Source: Camelus dromedarius
Taxonomy: Eukaryota
Assembly: GCF_036321535.1 (NCBI RefSeq)
Contig: NC_087437.1
Location: 27,716,001-27,780,000 of the forward strand
Length of the DNA: 64,000 nucleotides
Direction of reading: 5' to 3'
Under the pieces are notes generated by a model. That model worked only from the letters and a program-made list of their open reading frames with translations, did no database searches and had not been told where the DNA came from. Both the position numbers and the translations under genes were made by a program. The stretch's first letter is position 1. The number at the start of each line of letters is the position of its first letter. This document shows, piece by piece, positions 52,083-64,000 of the stretch.

Positions 52083-54457
52083 ACATCAAGGGTAAGTACA
52101 TGCATATTTAGAATTGTTATGCCTTCTTGGTGAATAGACCTTTTTAACATTATCCAATGCTCCTCTCTACCCCTGGTAATTTTCTTTGCCTTGAAATCTT
52201 TGTCTGATATTAATATAGCCACTATAGATTTCTTTTGATTAGTGGTTGCATGGTATACAATTTCCATGCTTTTAACTTACCTGTATCATTAAATTTAAAC
52301 TAAATATATCGTTAAATATAGCCAGTCTGACAATCTTTTTCACTAAAAATGTTTAGACCATTTACATTGGTATAGTTAGATTCACCATTTTATTATTTGC
52401 TTTCTGTCTCCTTTTTTTGTTTCTCTTTCAATTTTTATGCATTTTGTTAAATTGAAATAAAAAAATTAAAATCTATCTACTGGATTTTTGTCTATACCTT
52501 TTCTACTATGTTTTTAGTATCTTATCTAGGGATTATACCATATATATGCTTTATATATATACACACACACTCATATACATACATATACGTACAATACACA
52601 TACTACATATATCTTACCCCTCACAGCCTTCTTAAAGTTATAATTTTTCAATTTCAAATAAAATGTAAAAGCATCATAATTTCTACTACCTCTTATGTTA
52701 TAGTTCTATATATTTCATCTACAAACACTGAAAACCCCAACAGCAAATGTTACTATTTTAATTTTCAGTAGTCATTCATATTGAAAAAAATGGAAGGAGA
52801 AAAAAGTTTATTTACCTTGATATTTACTATTTGTTTTTCTTTCATTCTTGAAGTTCCAAGTTTGCTTTTTCATAATTTTCCTTCAGCTTGAGGAATTTCC
52901 TGTGGTATTTCTTTTAGAGAAAATATGTTGGAAAATAGTTTAGTCTTCCTTCTTCTGAGGATGTTTTTATCCTTGAATGATATTTTCTCTTGGTATAGAA
53001 GTTGATATAAAACCGTTGACAGTTTTTCCAGCAATTTAGTGATGTTTTGCTTCTGTCTTCTAGCTTCCATGGCTTCTGACAAAAAAATCTGAAGTTATTT
53101 AAATACTTGTTCCCTTACAAGTAATATTTTGTTTTTCTTTGGCTGTTTTCATGAAATTTTATCTTTGGTGTTCAGCAGTTTTATTAAGATATGTCTGAGC
53201 ATGGTTTTTTTTATGTTTATTATGTTTAGAATTTGATGAGCTTCTTGAATCTGAAAATTTATGTCTTTTATTAAACTTGGGACATTTTTAGCCATTCTTC
53301 TCCCACATCAATTCATGTTTTCTCTTCCAGGACTCCACTGACACAAATTTTAGACATTTTGTCATTCTCCCACAAGTTGCTAATTTTTTCACTCTGTTCT
53401 TCAGAATGGGTAATTTTTATTTTACTACTTTCAAGTCCATGGATGTTTTCTTTTGTCATCTCCATTCTGCTTTTAGGATAGCTGTGAAAGTTTTTAATCT
53501 CAGTATCATTTTAGTTAAGATTTTTAAAATATTTTTTATTTTTATCTCTATGCCTAGAAATTTTATATTTCCATCTACTTGAACAGTGTTTAGATTTACC
53601 TCTGGCACTTCAAAGTCTATGTCTAATGCTTCCAACATTTGAGAAATCTCAGAGTTTCTGTCTGTTGACTGGTTTTTCCATTGAGAATTGGTCATATGTT
53701 CTGTTTGTAAAAATGTTATGTCATAATTTTGAATGTTACTGTGGACACTTAGGAGATTTCTGGGCCCCATTAAAATCCTTAGGAGAGTACTGCTTTGATT
53801 GACAGGAAATCCAGGCATGTAGGTTCTGACTTCAAGTTTTGTGTTTCTGTAGGTATTGGTTCCAATGTGAATTCAGTTCTTTAAACTCTTTGTCATAATG
53901 TTTGTGTCTTTCACTCAGGGGTTAGTCTGGAACATCGTGCATTTTATGCAATAACAGAGTTCTCAAAAGATTTGCAATGCTTATTTTGTGTCCGTTCCAC
54001 TTATGTAACCAACTTATAATGTTAAGCCTGAGATTTGTGTCAGTTCATACGCAGAATTATGGGATGTGCTTCTCTGTCTCTCCTCTTATAAATTTTCCCT
54101 CACTTTCTAGACCTCAGAGGTTCCATTTCTCAATTTCTCTGAAAAGAAAAATGGCTTTCTCTCACAGTTTTAGCTCCTATCACTGTCATAATTCTATGAG
54201 ATTGGGGCTGCTCTCAGGGCAAAGCAGTGAATTAGAAGGAAAAACAAATAGGATTTCTCCCCACAATCATCTCACCACAGGGGTACCTTTCATGGATCCT
54301 CTGACCAGAGTGAGATCATCTCTCAGGGTTTTAGGCCTCTGTGCCACCACTTTTGTTATGGCAGTGCTGCTGACCATCTGGGGCTCACTTGTAGAGTGAA
54401 ACAGAAGAAGAAAGGAGAAAAACAAAAAAAAGGGGGACTTCCTTCATTCTGTCTTTG

Positions 54458-54962
54458 GGAAGCCACCTGCCCCATCAGAAGGACATTCAAGTAACTCTTT
54501 GGAGAGACTCATATAGTGAGGAACTGAGGTCTCTGGCAACTGGAAATAAAATCTTTTGTCAACAGCCATGACAGTGAATTTAGAAGCAGATCCTCCAATC
54601 CCAGTCAGATCCTGCCTCCCTTAAGATGAAGCAGCTCCATCCAACATCTTGACTGCAGCCCAATGAGAGACCCTAAGTCAGAGTTTCCCAGCTACACGGC
54701 CTCCAAACTGCTGATTCACAGAAATTGTGAGGTGCTAAAAAAACAAGTTTATACTGTATAGCACAGGGAACTATATTCAGTATCTTACAGTAACCTATAA
54801 TGAAAAAGAATATGAAAATGAATATATGTATGTATATTATGAATAAACTATTACGCTGTACACACACACACAAAAGAAACTGTGAAATGATAAATGTGTG
54901 TTGCTTTAAGCCATTACAATTTGGGAGGTAATTTGTTACACAGCAATAGAAGACTAAAACAT
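54458..54962 (+). mobile_element. MLT1-family LTR fragment carrying a short L1 3'-UTR insertion (54731-54874)
   Basis: gaggaactgagg, gaagcagatcctcc, tgttgctttaagcca...ttgttacacagcaatagaagactaaaaca. Confidence 0.85.
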
Positions 54963-56825
54963 AGTACAACTAAGGGAGCAGTATAAAGAGAGAGAGACAA
55001 AAAACCAGAATTTATATTGCAACTCTGAGCCTAAGTTATTACTAATGTTTAATAAGTTAATACTTCATGAAAAAGAAAAAAAAAACACTGAGAATTTTCT
55101 AATTTAGCAGCTTTAAGGTACCACAACTATAACTCAGCTTCTCCAAAGTACCTTATAAAGTTCTATTCCTTGGAAAAAGACCCAGAATTCCAGGTTCTCA
55201 AAAGTATTATTTTGGTTGATATAAATACTAGTTTAACTTTAATTCTAAAATGCTCTATTTTATGAAATAAAGAAAAAAGAACAGATAATGATTTAGCTAG
55301 AATTTTCTAACATGTTGGGGAGGAAGATAGGGTGGGTAGAGGGGAGTGGATATGTACAGAAAGCTTAGGCAAATCTTGAATGAGAATGGCTTCAAATTCC
55401 TACTAAAACACCAACTGCAGCAAGAAGTAATCATAAAGGCAGTCTTACTAATGCAAGTAACCAAAAACTTGTACTTTTACCCCACCCCGCCCCATATTGT
55501 TTAGTGATGGCTTTTTAACTTGTTTATGGAAAACTGAGGGTGATTTTATGAGCAAATAACAAATATAACTCAGGGATGTAATTCTCTTTGGTTCAGTATT
55601 TAATAATCAGGTCTTGACTGTCACTACATTTGATTGTACTCACAAGGTAATTATCCCTTAATATTGGAAATACTAGAAAGTTTATCCTTTGCCTACAGAT
55701 TCTGCCCAAAGTACAGCTTACATTTATGACAACTGTCTTGCTCCTCAGTGGTAATGAATTATATTATACCTCTGAAAACACCTATGCTAGTGTTTGCTGG
55801 CAAAACAAGATCATTAGCAGGGTTTGTCTAACAATTGTATTTTCTTTAACACGGTGCCATTAAATCGCAACCACATTTCAGGGTAAAATATTCCACGTGT
55901 TTTTCATCAGCCTTCTGGGAAGGGCCTAGTACTTTACATAATTTAACACTGGGGGCTTTGAGAAGCACAGAAAGAATCATTTGAGAGCACACTCAGTGTA
56001 TGTGTGGTGAGGAAAAACATTCTCTTGGTCTGACTACACATACTGTCATACGGAGAAAAAACACCAATGCATATGTTGAAGTTTGCTCAGAAAATGGACA
56101 CAATATTCATACTTTCTATCACAATTTAAGACTTACATACATGTTCTTTTTCTTTCTTTCAAGGAAAACTTATTCTCTGAGCATAACAGATTTAGTACAA
56201 ATTATTCCAAAATTGCTGCCTCTGCAGTTTAGAAGTTATGATTGAAATGGAAAACTTTCTGAGCTCAAAGTACCAAGTCCTAAATATATTCTTGTATAAT
56301 ACAAAAAGTGTCAGCTGCGAAATGAAAACAGCACAAATACAATTATGTACAAACTAAACAGGGACCTTTGGAATGAAACCTGTTAAGACTATGAATATGA
56401 TCTACCATGATTATCAATGAATATCATGACTTATTCAATAAAAACAAGTTGAGCTTAAAATGGTGGCACTTGAGCAGTAACACTAATTTTACATTATCCA
56501 GGGACTATTACAGGTAAAATGAAGATATTATTGAGGCTGACAAATAACCCACAAACCTAATTTTCACTGTTTTCCCCATCACACCTTCCCAAGAACTAAT
56601 GATAAGCAGGCCAAATTACTAATTCGATATTCACCTTTTTTATTCCCCCTGACTACTCATAGCTGAAAATATTCCCATGGAGTGAAACAGCCAAAAGGCA
56701 TCTAGCCAGAAAAGAAGGGGGACACAAGCCAAGGATTGTGGATTGCTCACAGGTTGGCTACTTAACTATCAAATAATGTAATTTTCTGGAAAGTGATGAG
56801 CTGTATTTTGACAAGATTTTTTATT

Positions 56826-56892
56826 GTGTGTGTACATGTATGTACATGTGTATATGTGTGTGTGTGTGTGTGTATGTGTGTGTATATATATA
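56826..56892. repeat. Compound (TG)n/(TA)n microsatellite
   Basis: Directly visible. Confidence 0.9.
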
Positions 56893-58974
56893 TTTTTTTT
56901 CCCACTTCCTACCATATCTATACTAGGCTGAATAGGTCCAAAGTTTCATCTTCTACTTCTGATCTTAAAGTTTCTTTGTGTTGAGATTTGATGATTAGTG
57001 TATTTGCTTATATCTCTAATAGCACTGGCCAGTATTGGCCTATGATTAAGTTTTAGTCTGATGCCTGTGTCAAGATCTACATGATGCCATGGTAGGAAAG
57101 AACTGATGAAATACTTTGAATATATGACTCTCTAGAAGCCATTTTTGCCCCTGAATGAGAGCACATGCTCCTGTTGGCTTGTATGCGTGCTTCCAGTAAG
57201 GTAGATGTATTTGAAGGCCATACAGCTCATAAGCAGCTCTGAAGTCAAGTACACAATAGCCACACAATATTTAGTGTATATCTAACTGATTAAGATATAA
57301 AACTAACCAGCCAAATTAAAAATTCAGACACATTTTAAGTTTTGATGGGAAATGAGCTAAAAAGCAGATAGCTGGTTCAGAAACGGAATAAAGAGGTCAC
57401 GGCAGGGGAAAATGAGGTGGAACTTTTTCCCATGATAGACCAAATACTTTACAACCATCGCCTATGTATATTTTCAGAAAGTCTACCTAGACCTGAACAT
57501 CATGACTATTTCAATCCCAACAGCTCCATTTCACTCGAAAGAGGTTAATGTTGGTTCGGGAATGGGCTACTAAAATGGACATTTTTGCTCATATTTTATT
57601 TGTTTTTAGTAGGACTTTATTTAGAGAGATGTTTAACTTAAATGTTTATTTTCAAAATTCCTTCATGTACAAAGGGAGCCAAAGGATGCATTTACATTTT
57701 AAAGTGGTAGCAATTGATGCATTTTACTTTTGCACAGGCTTTCCTGCACATAATTAGTTAAACATTTGTTCAAATGAGAGAAAGCACACAATTCCTCTGG
57801 TTATGTATGTCACTTGAATTATTAATCTTGTTGACAAGAGTCTGGCAGCAAAAGCATTACACCCAAAACAATTCCTTCACTTCATTTGACTTGAAAAAGC
57901 TTGCCAGTGCTTGCAGTAGATCTTTTGCTAAAAGGTAATGCTGACAGGGAATTGAGCAAAAGCACACACTTAGAATACTTAATTAGGTTGATGTCAGTTT
58001 GCCCCTGGCAGGGAACTGTGTGTTTTGTTTTCTGCAATAGAAAGCACGTGGCAATACACAGTAAATCTTTCCAAGGATCCAGAGAACTGAGTTCGCTTCT
58101 TCCCACCCAGTTCTCAGTAATAATAGCTAATGATTACAATAGAGTTTCTGCTCTGAGAGCAGTTGGCTGAGTTCTCTGAGGTCAGAGACTGCCTTCATTA
58201 TCTCTGGCACTCTCTATAAGCTCTCAACAAACCAGGGTGTTGTGCTTATAGTAGAGGCCTACTTAGTATTTTTATTTTAATAAATAATTTTTGGTCCACT
58301 GAAAGTCATAGAGATGGGATGCTGTACTCCCAAGTCTCACTGACGATGCTCTTACCTCTGCATACTGAACCCAAGTTGTTCAGCTCACACAGTGGTTTCC
58401 AGTGCCTCACTCCCTCCAAGTCTATGGCTTCTGATGGGATGGAAATGCACTTTATGATGTGTCTGAGCTGTGAAAATCAAAGAATAAAACGTGAAACCTG
58501 CAGGCAAAAAAATGTACATCTAAGGACTTGATACGTGTGCTCACTGTCATGCTATATAGCAAGTTACAATCAGTTCCTAATTTAGTGGTGAGGAACTTGG
58601 TGACCTTAGATTTGGGTTGGAATGAAGTTGAACCTTTTCACCTTGAATAGCAGAAATCTGTTGTGTAAATAAGATGTGAAATAGATTATCTTTTTGAAAA
58701 TGATTATTTAAAAATATTGGCATGATTATTTAATATCAATGCTTTTATTAATTACTAATAAATTCTATTTATCCATTGTAGCAGACCCAATCAGGTATCT
58801 GCTTAGGAATACTACCTTGATGGTTAGAATTATTCTTCTAGAAGGTAATAAACTGTATTAAATAAAACAAGTAATCCCAGCTCCTAGTTTATCCCTCAGT
58901 CTGTAAAGCTTTAACTCACCATTAAAGTATAGTAAATCCACTAGATTATCTGCCATTTAGGAAAAAAGACTGAA

Positions 58975-58976
<2 letters not shown>

Positions 58977-59005
<29 letters not shown>
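58977..59005. repeat. (TG)n microsatellite
   Basis: About 14 uninterrupted TG units. Confidence 0.95.
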
Positions 59006-59007
<2 letters not shown>

Positions 59008-59589
59008 CCCCCAAGCACTAAACACAGTGCCTGATACATGACAGATGGTTATTAATGTTTGAGGAATGAACTAATGTATTTTGCTCTCATTATTTTGACT
59101 TGCAAAGAAATTACGTTTTGCTGCTAAGTTTTACATGCGGATGGTATGTTAATGTTGTTAGATGGCAGTCCACCCCAGAAATAAGATAGGTCAGATACAT
59201 CTGATTACTTGTTCAGACAAATATAGGAGTCAACACTAGAGTGGGGAACAATAACTACCAGGTATTGCACATGCTAATGTGTCTAGCTCTTTAAATCCAT
59301 TTCCTTAGATGGTTCTCCCAATGCTCACAATATCTACAAATGGGTATTATTGTCCATTTTCACAGATGAACGAATCAAGACTCACAAAAGCAAAAGCAAT
59401 GATAACAAATGACTCCAAAGCTTTGTGGTTTCAACAGAGAATTCTTTCTCACCACCATTCCTTGTCCATCACACGCTGCAGGTATACTCCCCGTCATCTT
59501 TACCCTGCACTCAGCCTTAAGGAGCAGCCCCTAGCATGGTTGTTGCCAGACTCAAGGCAGTGATTAGAAGACATCACAGCAAATCCTGA

Positions 59590-59755
59590 GTTGCTTCTTA
59601 AATGTTCTAAGTCACTTTTGTTCATATATCACTGGTCAAGACAAGTCACGCGGCCAAGCTGATTTCAAGAAAGCATGGATATATAATCTTCCCATGGAGA
59701 AGGGCACCTCACAAAGGGGAATGGATAGTTTGAGCAAGAATACAATACACCACTA
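59590..59755 (-). mobile_element. Old MLT1 LTR fragment
   Basis: tcactggtcaagacaagtcacgcggccaagc. Confidence 0.55.
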
Positions 59756-59924
59756 TAGTAGCAAGAGCTGACCTGATCACAAGCCTGTGGTTAAAATAAA
59801 AGATCCCTGTCCAGAAATGCAAGGGCTGCTGACAGCCATGGAGATGACCTATAAGGCAGTTTGAGCACTTTTTTCCCTTCTTTTGTTTCTTCTTAGTTTT
59901 GCACCAAGACTCTCTGTCATCTGC

Positions 59925-60105
59925 ACTTCTGTGATATAGACTAGGATTTGAACTCCATCTCATTCATGAGCTTAAACACCTCTATTAGCCTCTCTGAACC
60001 TTTTTTTTTTCTCCATCTATAAAATAGGGATCTTCATAATACCTACTTCCTGGGATTAGAGATATTGAAAATAATGCACTTAGTATAATGCTTGGTATGC
60101 AGAAG
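59925..60105 (+). mobile_element. MIR SINE
   Basis: cctctctgaacc...ctccatctataaaatagggat...aatacctacttc. Confidence 0.7.
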
Positions 60106-61289
60106 ACTTTTTTTTTTAATGGTTCACAATAATGGTACAAGGAACCACTGTCAATAAGTTAATCACCAGGAAATGGTGTATACCTCAAATTCAAAATCCA
60201 AGAATGTTATGACAGTGTCTGCAGACCTCTTAGTCTGAGAAATGTTGAGTTAGTTGTTTGACAAAAATGTGTAGAATGTAGAGAGATGGAAGTTTAGAAA
60301 AACAAACACAAAATGACAACCAATAGATCTGTGTCTCAGCAAGGCCTCTTAGGAACATCGAGGGTTGTGTAGGTAAAAAAATATCTGAAAAGTATAGATT
60401 CACAAACTTCTAGTTCCCTGAACTTTTCAATATAATTTTCACCTTGTTTTTGGATAAAGAAAAATAGCCAATGAGCTCTTTTCTCTTGCCAATAAAGTTA
60501 CACCATAAGTGACAACAGCTCAGCACTGATTTCTCAACATATTTCTCTTCAGTTCTCTAGTTTAAGTCAGAGTGTCCCAGATTGGATTCATCATTCTTTT
60601 TGGATCTAAAAACTGCTAAGAGAAGGGGAAATTATGCAACAGATCCTCCGCTGCACAGCATGTTATCCTGCCATGTGACCCCATGTATGGCTGTCTGCCT
60701 TGCCTAAGTGTTCCTATAACACGACTCTCCATGGCCATGTCTCACGGAACCAAAAGTTCAGGAATTTTTTTTTTTTTTTAACCTGTGAAGCATAAAACAA
60801 CTAGTTTTATCATTACATTTTTCGTTGTGTGAGTATGTAGAATTGATGACTTGGCCAGAAGGTTTTTCATAGCCATAACAAAAAACAAATTCAGGAGAAA
60901 AATTAACATTGTAAGAAAATTCTTTAGCTAAAAAATACTAATTATCTAGGGGGTTAGAGAAAGTCATGGATTCAAGCATAAGAGAAGGTGGGTAGAGAGA
61001 AAAACCTAAGGAGTAACATGTCTTTCAGTCACTCTTTGCCTAGTATTTTGGCGTAGTATCCACAGGAGCTCAACTCCACTTAAAAACAGTTTATCTGTCC
61101 CTACAGATTTTGCCAACTTACCTCCCTCCCTCCTGTCTTCATCTAAATCTCAGAGAAAAATCTAGAACACAGTGTATTTATTTCAATGTAGTTTTATCTA
61201 ATGTCTCAATTCTCCATTTTAATAGCAATATCATGAAGTTAATATGTATTATTATTTTTCTCATTGCTTTAAAATATTTTGAGGCTTGA

Positions 61290-63130
61290 AATAAGAAGAC
61301 TTCAGTTTCCAGTATTGGCAGGCTTAGTGATTCAGATCAACTCTCTTACTGAAAAGAGCTAACAAGCTCAAGTACGTTATTAAAAACAATCCTTTTTTAA
61401 AAAAATATGAAGAGCTGACAATACAGTAAGGAAGGACTGACCAAAAACTGAAAGAAAAATAGGACCCTAGAGAGATAAGGAAAACTGGGAACTGCTTTTG
61501 TGCTGAGGGCTTTTGTGACCTTAGCAAACGCGACCTTTCATTTTGAAAGCCTCTTTAGTGAGAGGGATAGAAATTAAATGCCCATGTCTGATTGAAATAG
61601 GAATCTAACAGCAGACTGTCGCTGAGATAAGCTGGACCGCCAACATCACTTTGAGTGAATCAGAAGTAGAAAAGCCCTCACAGGCCCTTGCAGCCTGAGA
61701 TCACGTCACAAGGGAATGAATTTCAAGCCCTGAACGTGAAATAAGGGGTCCAAGTTGGCAGCACAGAAACAAAGGCAAATCCTCTCTAGAGAAAGAAGCC
61801 TTTATCTTAAGCCCCAAAATATTCCTTAAACAAGTTTTCAAGTACAATGAACAGTATACAGTCAAAGATAATCAAACTTAGTAGGAAGTAACATACCAGG
61901 AGTGAAAACAGCAGAATCAATAGCAGCAGACCCCCCCAGGGCTTCCGATGTAAAAGACACCAGTCACGGACAATAAACAAACCACAGTTACACTGATTAT
62001 TATTATCTTCAAGGCAAAAAGGTATCTGCAGGAACAACAAGCAATACAAAGTGACAGATTTGAAAGTGATCCACAAACCCCTAGAAATAAAAAAATATAT
62101 ATAAAAATGAAGAATTCTATGAGTAGATTGGACACAAAGAATTAGTATACTGGGGGATTAGAAGAAATTATGCAGAACACAGCAGAGAGAGACAAAAAGG
62201 TGGAAAGAAACAGAAAAGAGAATCTGTGACATGGTTTCGGGAATGAGAAGGTCTAACATGCTTAATCAGAATTCCAGAAGTTCCAGAGACAGAGACTAAG
62301 GCAGGTATAATATTTGAAGAGATAATGTCTGCATGTCAGCAAAATGGAGGGCTAGAGGTGCCAACACTCATCTCCCCCATAAAACAACAAGAATAAATAA
62401 AACAACAAAAATTGAAGCAAACCGCTCAGGGAGATTTCTAGACTATATTAAAGTAGCAGCAAAAACTCTGCAGAGCTCAAAAATTAAGGATGGTCACATA
62501 GAAAAGTACAGGAAATGTCTTGCCTGTGTCATTCCATCCTCCAGTGGGGAGCTGCTGGGCTCTAGGAGGAATCCCCTCAGAGGAAGTTCATCATGCAGGG
62601 AGAAGGAAAGCAGGAGAACCCTGCAACCTTCACCACTGGGGACGACTGCAGCTTTCACTACCAAAGTCTCCCCCATTCCTCATGGATGCGGAGCCCAGCT
62701 AACAGAATAGCCAGGAGTGCCTGCCTCTGCATCTGCTCCCAGAGACTAGATCTGTTGCTGAGGTAAGACTTGCCTTCAGGTACCCCAGTTGCTGCTGTGC
62801 CCCACGCTCAGGGATAAGGTGCCACAGCATCTGACCATATATAGGACCAGAGCTGCCACTGCTCAGTGCCCACCCATGACCCCAGGTCAGGGCTCTGTTC
62901 CAACATTACCAACTTCTACTGCCAAGCCATGACCCCAGCATCCCAAGTCATGCTTTGGCTGTCATTATGCTCCCTCCACCCTGAGTCCCACCCATAGGGT
63001 TCCAGGCTGTAACTCGGAATGGCCATTGCCAGAGGTGCTGATGCTGCCCTGAGACCCACTCCCCTATCCCAGGTCAAGACTGAACCATCATTACTGAGAC
63101 TGGGCTGCTGCTGCCCTATGCCTCACCTCC
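61290..63130 (+). mobile_element. Ancient L1 5'-region/ORF1 fragments, followed by a second L1 5'-UTR-like segment from ~62330
   Basis: A-rich ORF1-like gaagaaattatgcagaacacagcagagagagac...gagaaggtctaacat; then gcaaaatggagggctagagg and a C-rich UTR-like tract. Confidence 0.55.
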
Positions 63131-63159
63131 TGGGTTCTTTTTTGTTGTTGTTGCTATCA

Positions 63160-63680
63160 ACTTTTTTTATAGACTTTATTTTTTTTGAGCAGTTTCAGGT
63201 TTACAGCAGAATTAAGCAGACAATACAGAGTTTGCACACAGCCCTCCCCACCCACACATATACTCCCCTACCCTCAACATCCCTCATCAGTGTGGCATAT
63301 TTGGTACAACCAATGGACCAATATGGACACATTATTATCAACCAAAGTCTATAGTTTACATTACGATTCACTCTTGATGTTGTACATTCTATGGGTTTTG
63401 ACAAAACGCATAATGACATGTAGCCACCACCGTAATATCACACAGAATAATTTCATTGCCCTAAAAATCCCTTGTGCTTCATCTATTCATTTCTCCCTCC
63501 CTCTCTCTCCCCAAACTCCTGGAAACCATGGTCTTTTTATTGTTTCTGTAGCTGTGCCTTTTCCAGAATGTCACTTGGTTGGAATCACAGTTTATAACTT
63601 TTCCAGACTAGCTTCCTTCATTTAGTAATATATTTTTTAAGTTTCTCCCATGTCTTTCATGGCTTGATAGCTCACTTCTT
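63160..63680 (-). mobile_element. L1MC-like 3' end
   Basis: tagactttattttt...gagcagtttcaggtttacagc, gacacattattatcaaccaaagtctatag, ccttttccagaatgtca. Confidence 0.85.
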
Positions 63681-63809
63681 TTTTTTTTTTACTGCACATA
63701 TACTTTTAAATTTACATATATGTACTGTCCATTGTTTCTAAGAATATTTAGAGTTTTAGCTTTTTAAACTTACACAGTTACAAAGGCATAAAGCCAACCA
63801 TAAAATAAG

Positions 63810-63990
63810 AATTAACTCAAAAAGATACATACACCCTGCTATTAACAGCAACATTATTTATAATTGCCAAGATATGAAAGAATCCTAACTGCACATCAAT
63901 AGTTGAATAGAAAATGAAGATGCAGCATATACATATGCAATGGAATACAACTCACACATAAGAAAGAAGGATATTTTGCCATTTGCAGCC
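63810..63990 (+). mobile_element. L1 ORF2 3'-end fragment at the window edge
   Basis: aaagatacatacaccctgctattaacagcaacattatttataattgccaagatatg...ttttgccatttgcagc. Confidence 0.75.
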
Positions 63991-64000
63991 CTTCGGTCAC

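Larger units (their letters stand above)
46590..54440 (-). mobile_element. Ancient long L1M on - strand, interrupted by younger L1s (47050-49476) and an MLT1 LTR (51410-52082)
   Basis: T-rich antisense L1 3' UTR, ORF2 and ORF1 motifs are collinear across the interruptions (tttggtatcagggttatactggtttcataaaatgag). Confidence 0.75.

Overview
Mammalian genomic DNA, not prokaryotic. The L1 3' ends look cetartiodactyl, and I saw no Alu, B1, Bov-tA/BovB, PRE1 or SINEC elements, so a camelid is my best guess (inference, not verified). The + strand carries the last two coding exons and a long AU-rich 3' UTR of MED12L (2089-~8.2 kb). The - strand carries a complete IGSF10 gene, convergent with MED12L. 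It has six coding exons (29206-29013, 27669-27540, 25276-24886, 19346-15015, 14557-13660, 10325-8417). All have canonical GT/AG ends and compatible phases, and they join to a 7854-nt ORF (2617 aa + stop). Two probable non-coding 5' exons and a CpG-island promoter lie at ~31.3-31.7 kb. The rest (32-64 kb) is intergenic and rich in transposons (L1, MLT1 LTRs, MIR, L2, MER5/MER58), including a multi-layer nested L1 block at 38-55 kb. I found no evidence for a wholly new gene system. The best second-look items are an extended MER53/miR-1302-like hairpin in a MED12L intron, back-to-back poly(A) signals of the two genes, clustered miR-17~92 seed matches, GAG-attachment/polybasic/RGD-variant motifs in the IGSF10 linker, and clear twin-priming and nested L1 structures. 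Repeat family names are from recalled consensus sequences and their boundaries are approximate.
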